From NCBI GenBank assembly GCA_030622125.1, contig JAUXGM010000001.1, forward strand, positions 1 through 39,897: 39,897 bases of DNA. The letters run 5' to 3'. The DNA is from a bacterium (GTDB taxonomy: Bacteria; AUK180). Of the stretch, positions 34,577 through 39,897 are shown in pieces; within the stretch, counting starts at the first letter, position 1; each line of letters begins with the position of its first letter. Made by a program: the position numbers and the translations under genes. Below the pieces are notes generated by a model. The model ran no database searches and had not been told where the DNA came from. It worked only from the letters and a program-made list of their open reading frames with translations.

Positions 34577-35730
34577 AATTGCAATACTCCAATAAAATAA
34601 ATAAGATACCGCCATATTTATTTGCACAGCTTGATGAACTGGCACAAAAAGTAATTTCCTCAGGAAAAAGACTCTATAATTTTGGTATTGGTGACCCCGA
34701 TATGCCAACCGTTGAACCAATCATTAAAGCTGTAAAAAAAACAGTTGAAATACCGGATTATCATAGATATCCATCTTATGTCGGCAACATAAAGCTAAGA
34801 GAAAAAATAAGTTCATATCTAAAAGATCGTTTCAATCTAAAAATGTCACCGGAAAAAAACATAATAGTTTTGATAGGCAGTAAAGAAGGTATTGCTCATT
34901 TTCCTTTTGCTTTTATAAACCCCGGTGAAAAGGTATTTGTGCCGGAACCCGGTTATCCTGTTTATAGGGATGGAACAATATTTGCCGAAGGTATCCCCAT
35001 TTTCATGCCACTTTTGAAAGAAAATGACTTCCTGCCCGATATAGAGCATCACTTAAAAAGGAATCAACCGAAGATCGTATGGGTTAATTACCCCAATAAT
35101 CCGACAAGTGCTGCGGCATCTGATAAATTTTATAAGGAATTAATCGAACTTGCCCATAAATATAATTTTATTATTGCATCCGATGCAGCTTATATTGATG
35201 TTTACAGAAATGAGACCACCCCCCCGAGATCAATACTTGAATTTGACGGAGCAATGGATGTTGCAATTGAATTTTATTCCTTTTCCAAAATGTTTAATAT
35301 GACGGGCTGGCGAATAGGATTTGCAATTGGAAATGAACAATTAATATCGGGACTCGGCAAGATAAAAAAAAGTATTGATTCGGGCGTCTTTGATGCAATA
35401 CAAATGGCGGTAGCCGAAGAATTGGAAAACGGACTTTCAGAACTATCAAAAATACGGAATATTTACTTCGATCGAAGGGAAAAAATGGAAAGTGTATCAG
35501 CCCAACTTCATCTTAAACCATATAAGACAAATTCAACATTCTATATCTGGGCAGAGATATTGGATGGTATGAATTCTCAAGAAAAAGTGAAGGAATTATT
35601 AAATAAATATGGTATCCTTGTTACACCCGGAAGAGGTTTCGGACCTTCCGCTGATAATTATGTGCGATTTTCTCTCACGGCAAAGGATTGTGATATAAAC
35701 GAATTATATGACCGACGAAGATCGCTCTAA
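34573..35730 (+). CDS. dapL: Class I/II aminotransferase, probably LL-diaminopimelate aminotransferase
   Basis: N-terminal IPPYLFAQLD...FGIGDPDMPT. PLP-lysine motif YSFSKMFNMTGWRIGFAIG. The DapL assignment is from motif resemblance only. Confidence 0.65.
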   Translation: MKLQYSNKINKIPPYLFAQLDELAQKVISSGKRLYNFGIGDPDMPTVEPIIKAVKKTVEIPDYHRYPSYVGNIKLREKISSYLKDRFNLKMSPEKNIIVLIGSKEGIAHFPFAFINPGEKVFVPEPGYPVYRDGTIFAEGIPIFMPLLKENDFLPDIEHHLKRNQPKIVWVNYPNNPTSAAASDKFYKELIELAHKYNFIIASDAAYIDVYRNETTPPRSILEFDGAMDVAIEFYSFSKMFNMTGWRIGFAIGNEQLISGLGKIKKSIDSGVFDAIQMAVAEELENGLSELSKIRNIYFDRREKMESVSAQLHLKPYKTNSTFYIWAEILDGMNSQEKVKELLNKYGILVTPGRGFGPSADNYVRFSLTAKDCDINELYDRRRSL

Positions 35731-36181
35731 AACGATCAAATATTTAATCGGACTCGGAACAAATCTTGGAAATAAAGCAAAAAATATTGGAACTGCACTT
35801 TTATTATTAGAAAAACAGGGGAAAATATTAAAAAAAAGCCATCTTGACCATACAAAAGCATGGGGCATAGAAGACCAACCTGATTTTTTAAATATGGTAA
35901 TACTTTTAAAAACACTATACGATCCATTTCAATTACTTAAGATCATACTTGGTATTGAAGAAAAGCTCGGACGTATCCGTGGAAAAAAATGGGGACCAAG
36001 AAAGATTGATATAGATATTTTATGGGCGGAAGATAGGGTCATAAATAAGAATGAATTGATCATTCCCCATCCGTTTCTGCACAAAAGGGATTTCGTTCTA
36101 CGAGAGATCATTGAGATCACACCAAATTTTATTCATCCGATATTTAAAAAGACATTTAAAGAATTGCAGGAAGGACAATAG
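35708..36181 (+). CDS. folK: 2-amino-4-hydroxy-6-hydroxymethyldihydropteridine diphosphokinase (HPPK)
   Basis: LIGLGTNLGN, KKWGPRKIDIDIL and IIPHPFLHKRDFVLREI motifs. Confidence 0.85.
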   Translation: MTDEDRSKTIKYLIGLGTNLGNKAKNIGTALLLLEKQGKILKKSHLDHTKAWGIEDQPDFLNMVILLKTLYDPFQLLKIILGIEEKLGRIRGKKWGPRKIDIDILWAEDRVINKNELIIPHPFLHKRDFVLREIIEITPNFIHPIFKKTFKELQEGQ

Positions 36182-36191
36182 AGCACCGAAA

Positions 36192-36236
36192 AATAAGGAA
36201 ATACAGAGGTTAGTAAAAAACAATATTAAACTCCGT
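36192..36236. repeat. Partial copy of the intergenic mosaic (AATAAGGAAATA-CAGAGGTTAG-AAAAACAATATTAAACTCCGT)
   Basis: The junction AATAAGGAAATACAGAGGTTAG is identical to 13966-13987. The AACAATATTAAnCTCCGT tail matches 13840-13856 and 14209-14225. Confidence 0.8.
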
Positions 36237-36278
36237 CAACCATGCTATCGGGATTTAAATAATCGGTCATGCAGTTTA

Positions 36279-36296
36279 CCCCGTATTAAAACGGGG
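36279..36296. terminator. GC-rich hairpin between the convergent folK and rpsP genes (weak terminator candidate)
   Basis: CCCCGT-ATTAAA-ACGGGG. No clear U-run on either strand. Confidence 0.3.
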
Positions 36297-36334
36297 CTCC
36301 CTCTGAATAACAGACTGAAACGCTGATATTATTA

Positions 36335-37087
36335 TTATTCTTTCGGTTCTTCTGTTTTCTTTTCTTCTTCTTTCTCTGTTCCCTCTGTGATTTCTTTCTC
36401 TGTTTTTTCTTTGTTTTTTTCTTCTTTACCAACCTCTAACCTTGAACCTCGAACCTCTGTTTTTCCTTCTTCACCAACTTCTTCTTTCTTCTTTACTTCT
36501 TGCTTTTCATTGTCAATTGTTTTCTCTTCCTCTATTTTTTGTTTCTCCATGTCCTCTGTGGTTACCATTTCTTCTTCTTTTTCTTCCGATTTTTCTTCAC
36601 TATTCACTATTAACTGTTCACTATTCACTGTCTTTTTATTGCCTCCAACCTCTTTTTTTGTTACTTTCTCTGTTACTTCTTCTGGTTTCTCTTCAATTTT
36701 CTTTTCTTCTGTTTTTTCTTTGTTTTTTTCTTCTTCTCCAACCTCTTTTTTTTGCTTTCTATCTTTTTTCGGTTTGCTGGGTAAGACCATTGTTTGCGGA
36801 GCTAACGGTTCTATATTCTCATCCCTTTTGTATTCTTCATACCATTTGTAAAAACCATACTTCGAAAGTAAACTCTTTGCAATTTCAGTCGGTTTTGCTC
36901 CACTTTTCAACCATTTTACTATTTTAGTAGATGGTTTATCTATCCTTAGCTTTCCCTCAATGGGATTGTAGTGTCCCAATTGTTCCAAAACAGCACCGTC
37001 TCTCGGCTTTCTTGAATCAATAACAACAAGCCGATAATACGGCTGCTTCTTTTTTCCAATTCTCTTTAATCTTATCTTTAATGACAT
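36335..37087 (-). CDS. rpsP: 30S ribosomal protein S16 with ~160-aa E/K-rich C-terminal extension
   Basis: The N-terminus MSLKIRLKRIGKKKQPYYRLVVIDSRKPRDG...HYNP is canonical S16. The ORF continues uninterrupted to 250 aa. Follows ffh. Confidence 0.9.
   Translation of the reverse strand: MSLKIRLKRIGKKKQPYYRLVVIDSRKPRDGAVLEQLGHYNPIEGKLRIDKPSTKIVKWLKSGAKPTEIAKSLLSKYGFYKWYEEYKRDENIEPLAPQTMVLPSKPKKDRKQKKEVGEEEKNKEKTEEKKIEEKPEEVTEKVTKKEVGGNKKTVNSEQLIVNSEEKSEEKEEEMVTTEDMEKQKIEEEKTIDNEKQEVKKKEEVGEEGKTEVRGSRLEVGKEEKNKEKTEKEITEGTEKEEEKKTEEPKE
36431..36458. repeat. Heptamer array AACCTCn x4 inside the rpsP tail (GAGGTT on the coding strand)
   Basis: AACCTCT AACCTTG AACCTCG AACCTCT. The coding strand reads AGAGGTT CGAGGTT CAAGGTT AGAGGTT. 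Confidence 0.9.
36597..36631. repeat. Heptamer array TCACTAT x5 inside the rpsP tail
   Basis: TCACTAT TCACTAT TAACTGT TCACTAT TCACTGT. Same unit, copy number and + strand orientation as the non-coding array at 25048-25082. Confidence 0.9.
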
Positions 37088-37102
37088 AAAAACCTCCTAT
37101 AT

Positions 37103-38425
37103 CTAAATTGGTAGATTAAAATTTTTAAATAGATTTTTCATTTTTCCTTTTTTCATCATCTTTTTTGCCATTTCAAAGTTCTTTATGAATTTGTTCACGG
37201 CAATAAGTGAATTTCCACTGCCTTTGGCGATCCTTTGTCGCCTTTTATAATTTATAATATTAGGATGAACTCTTTCAGTTGGCGTCATTGAAAGTATCAT
37301 CGCTTCAATATGTATTAAATCTTTTTCTGATGGGATCTGATTTTTTAATTGCTTTGTCATATTAGAAAGACCGGGAATCATTTCAATGATAGATTCAAGC
37401 GAACCCATTTTTCTTAATTGTTTCATTTGTTGTAGATAATCATTAAAATCAAATTTTGCATCCATTAACTTTTTTAATTGCTTCTCTGCTTGTTTCTGGT
37501 CAACGGTATCCTTTGCTTTTTCAACAAGCGATAAAATATCTCCCATTCCAAGTATTCTTTGTGCCATTCTATCGGGATAAAATTGTTCAATATCATCTAT
37601 TTTTTCACCCTTTCCAATAAATAAGATCGGTGCTTCCGATATAAATCTAACGCTCAACGCTGCACCGCCACGCGTATCCGAATCGAGTTTTGTTAATATT
37701 GAGCCGGTAATGTTAAGTTTATCATTAAATTCCTTTGCAATATTTGCGGCATCCTGCCCGACCATTGAATCCACTACAAGGATAATTTCATCTGCTTTAA
37801 CCGTATCTTTAACTACTTTGACCTCTTTCATCATTTCTTTATCAATATGAAGACGGCCTGCGGTATCAAATATTAAGATATCATAATTATTTTTTACTGC
37901 ATAGTCCTTCGCTTTTTTTGCCATCTTGATTGGTTTTTTGCTTTCCTCATAGTAAAAATCAAGATCATTATTATTTGCAAGTATCCTTAACTGGTCAATA
38001 GCAGCAGGTCTATAAACATCAAGTGATGTAACTAGAACCTTGTATCCTTGTTTTTTGTAAAAATTAGAAAGTTTTGCAACTTGTGTGGTTTTACCCGAAC
38101 CTTGAAGTCCAACGATCTCCATTATATTCAACCTGCCTTTTTGTGGTTCCAATAAAACGGGTTTTTCACCCATTATCTTAACAAATTCCTGATAAACAAT
38201 ATCAACTATCTGCTGATAAGGTGTTAATGATCCAAGTATCTTTTCTCCGGTTGTTTTTTCCTTAACGAGATTTATAAACTCGGATGCCACTTTGTAGTGA
38301 ACATCAGCTTCCAAAAGTGATATCCGCATCTCTCTTAATACCTTTTCCACATAATCCTTGTTTAATCGTTTTCCCTTTAATTGTGAAAGTACACTACTAA
38401 TTTTATCTTTAAGATTATTCAGCAT
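37103..38425 (-). CDS. ffh: Signal recognition particle protein Ffh (SRP54)
   Basis: NG domain GLQGSGKTT, DTAGR and TKLD. Met-rich M domain. Confidence 0.95.
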   Translation of the reverse strand: MLNNLKDKISSVLSQLKGKRLNKDYVEKVLREMRISLLEADVHYKVASEFINLVKEKTTGEKILGSLTPYQQIVDIVYQEFVKIMGEKPVLLEPQKGRLNIMEIVGLQGSGKTTQVAKLSNFYKKQGYKVLVTSLDVYRPAAIDQLRILANNNDLDFYYEESKKPIKMAKKAKDYAVKNNYDILIFDTAGRLHIDKEMMKEVKVVKDTVKADEIILVVDSMVGQDAANIAKEFNDKLNITGSILTKLDSDTRGGAALSVRFISEAPILFIGKGEKIDDIEQFYPDRMAQRILGMGDILSLVEKAKDTVDQKQAEKQLKKLMDAKFDFNDYLQQMKQLRKMGSLESIIEMIPGLSNMTKQLKNQIPSEKDLIHIEAMILSMTPTERVHPNIINYKRRQRIAKGSGNSLIAVNKFIKNFEMAKKMMKKGKMKNLFKNFNLPI

Positions 38426-38720
38426 CTTGCAATCTCTTATTGATAAATTCTTTTATCTTTTTATCTTTTTTTTTCAAATTTTCCAAAATATTCCTCATCT
38501 TTACAACCCTGAGTTTTTCTTCCAGCCCTTCCAATTTTTTTAGACCTCTTACCATAACATCATAAACACTCTGCCTTGAAACACTTTCGTGTTCGCCGAT
38601 CTCATCTATGGTATAGTTGTCATTGTAGTAATATTTGAGATAGCAGTATTGTTTTTTTGACAAGATATCGCCATAAACACTAATAAGTTGCCCAAGTTTA
38701 AAAAAATTCTCTTTTAACAT
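38415..38720 (-). CDS. ylxM: YlxM/UPF0122 helix-turn-helix protein
   Basis: 101 aa. LSKKQYCYLKYYYNDNYTIDEIGEHESVSRQSVYDVMVRGLKKLEGLEEKL. Classical position upstream of ffh, overlapping it. Confidence 0.8.
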   Translation of the reverse strand: MLKENFFKLGQLISVYGDILSKKQYCYLKYYYNDNYTIDEIGEHESVSRQSVYDVMVRGLKKLEGLEEKLRVVKMRNILENLKKKDKKIKEFINKRLQDAE

Positions 38721-38727
38721 AAATAAG

Positions 38728-38755
38728 ATTATACATTTTTATTTTTTTTTGTCAA
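38728..38755 (-). promoter_or_regulatory. Near-consensus sigma70 promoter of ylxM-ffh-rpsP, implying a leaderless mRNA
   Basis: Read on the - strand: TTGACA (38755-38750), 16-nt spacer, TATAAT (38733-38728). Only 7 nt (CTTATTT) separate it from ATG 38720. No SD. Confidence 0.55.
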
Positions 38756-38779
38756 GTTTTTTCTTTGACTGACAAAAAT

Positions 38780-38808
38780 TTGATTTTTTAAAAAAAAAAT
38801 AGTATAAT
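38780..38808 (+). promoter_or_regulatory. Sigma70-type promoter of the outer-membrane-like gene
   Basis: TTGATT (38780-38785), 17-nt spacer, TATAAT (38803-38808). AGGAGG at 38823-38828 and ATG at 38834. Confidence 0.55.
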
Positions 38809-38833
38809 AAAATGAATTTAACAGGAGGCTGTT

Positions 38834-39897
38834 ATGAAGAAGATCTTCACAATGCTTTTTTTGGTGGTAGCGGTTTTTGCATTTGCAACAACCGGTAGAA
38901 TGAATGGTCTTTTGGCTCCCTATTGGGCAGTTGAAGACAATTCTAATGTGCTTTATTTCCCTTCCCTCATATCGGAGTATAACAACTCCGTAAGATTAGA
39001 AGGGTTAAGTGATTCTGCTTTTTTCGGAGGTATACATAAAAAACTTTCGGAAACATTGGATTTTTCCTTGTATGTCAATAAACCGTACACAAATGATCTT
39101 GATGAAATATGGAATCAACCGGGTGGCAAGGATACAAATGGTATTCACTCCGGAACTCGAATACCGACTAATTATATTGATCTACTCTTTTCATTTAATT
39201 TTAATTCATTAAGACTCGGAATCCTTCTTAATTATGCGAATAATTCCGATAATTCTACATCTACTGATATAAACCAGCCAAATCCGGTAGGTGGCAACAC
39301 GGATAATACAATGGATGATTATTCAAGAGAATTTAATCTTATCCTAAATGTTTCTATGGATAATTTTGCAATGTTCAAGAAATTTCTTGCAGCACTGGAT
39401 TTCGGTCTTCCAAAACATAAATATAATGAACATAATTTATCGTATGTCGCGGGAGATTGGGATTTAATCGAATGGAAGGTAGATACAAAAGGTGCAACTT
39501 ATATCGGTATCAGAATGCTTTCTACAACCGAAAAAGGCTATAATTTTTTCTTAAATTTCCATTTAAACGGATTAAATCACGACAGCGAAGAGATCATTGA
39601 TGATGATAATAATGGAACCTTAGAAACAAATACGGTTGATGAGATTGAACAGAGCATAATGAGACTCAAACTTGGCGTAAGTAAGAAATTGGCATTCAAA
39701 AAATTAACTGTCTATGCAGGCGGATCGATAGATTATGAAAAGAATAAATGGCATTCAAAGGATATTGACAAAATAGATAAAGAAACCGACGAAGAATATA
39801 ATCGGGATATTACGGATATTAAAATACCTGTTTTTGTCTCCGCTGAATTCATTCTAAAAAAATGGCTGACATTAAGAGCGGGCATCAATGGATATAT
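38834..39897 (+). CDS. Secreted, probably outer-membrane beta-barrel-like protein (3' partial, runs off the window)
   Basis: My own translation from ATG 38834 is open to the window end (354 codons). Signal peptide MKKIFTMLFLVVAVFAFA. Asn/Asp/Gly-rich loops alternate with short amphipathic strands (LDFSLYV, IDLLFSFNF, LRLGILLNYA, FNLILNVS, TYIGIRML, FFLNFHL). Absent from the ORF track because there is no stop. Confidence 0.6.
   Translation, partial: MKKIFTMLFLVVAVFAFATTGRMNGLLAPYWAVEDNSNVLYFPSLISEYNNSVRLEGLSDSAFFGGIHKKLSETLDFSLYVNKPYTNDLDEIWNQPGGKDTNGIHSGTRIPTNYIDLLFSFNFNSLRLGILLNYANNSDNSTSTDINQPNPVGGNTDNTMDDYSREFNLILNVSMDNFAMFKKFLAALDFGLPKHKYNEHNLSYVAGDWDLIEWKVDTKGATYIGIRMLSTTEKGYNFFLNFHLNGLNHDSEEIIDDDNNGTLETNTVDEIEQSIMRLKLGVSKKLAFKKLTVYAGGSIDYEKNKWHSKDIDKIDKETDEEYNRDITDIKIPVFVSAEFILKKWLTLRAGINGY

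Noticed and set aside
36387-36927. + strand ORFs 36387..36851 and 36442..36927 opposite rpsP
   Set aside because: Same artefact: these are the complement of the E/K-rich S16 tail. The S16 frame has a canonical N-terminal domain and operon context.
1-39897. Mobile genetic element, prophage, defence island or horizontally acquired segment
   Set aside because: No integrase, transposase, phage, toxin-antitoxin, restriction or cas-like genes were recognised. Composition looks uniform by eye, and gene content is core housekeeping, signalling and envelope functions.

Overview
Visibly AT-rich bacterial chromosomal segment (about 30% G+C by eye, not computed). It is almost entirely coding. I saw no rRNA, tRNA, CRISPR array, transposase or integrase. 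Layout: (1) + strand 57-13775 is a tightly packed housekeeping superoperon with many start/stop overlaps: nusA-infB-DUF503-rbfA-nrnA-like-truB-rpsO-pnp-dut-tsaB. It is followed by two envelope proteins, an orphan NtrY-like histidine kinase and comF. (2) - strand 14421-16173 holds an MFS transporter and a small membrane protein. (3) + strand 16317-24930 is a complete chemosensory cluster: MCP, cheA-REC hybrid, cheB, cheR-TPR, cheY, cheW, cheW and a final REC-HD-GYP regulator. This is the Wsp-like part list with a c-di-GMP phosphodiesterase-type output instead of a cyclase. (4) - strand 32737-25232 runs without gaps from wza-like/UPF0104/BY-kinase export genes into a basic-tailed lipoprotein, an alanine racemase carrying a ~249-aa unknown C-terminal domain, DJ-1/PfpI, DUF3467 and rsmE. 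(5) The remainder holds a LysM lipoprotein (-), wecA-like, dapL-like and folK (+), ylxM-ffh-rpsP (-), and a 3'-truncated outer-membrane-like ORF (+) that the ORF track misses. The least explained structure is non-coding. All three convergent gene junctions (13776-14420, 24931-25231, 36182-36334) are filled with a shared mosaic of repeats: a 63-70-nt core in 5 copies, a terminator-like hairpin built partly from that core, a conserved AACAATATTAATCTCCGT module, and several 7- or 8-nt tandem arrays. The same heptamer arrays also occur inside the long E/K-rich C-terminal extension of ribosomal protein S16. I consider this repeat system and its link to the S16 tail the best candidate for something undescribed. 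The HD-GYP-output chemosensory cluster, the alanine racemase fusion and a duplicated promoter/5'UTR cassette are secondary leads. All family assignments rest on motif recognition by eye; no database search was run.
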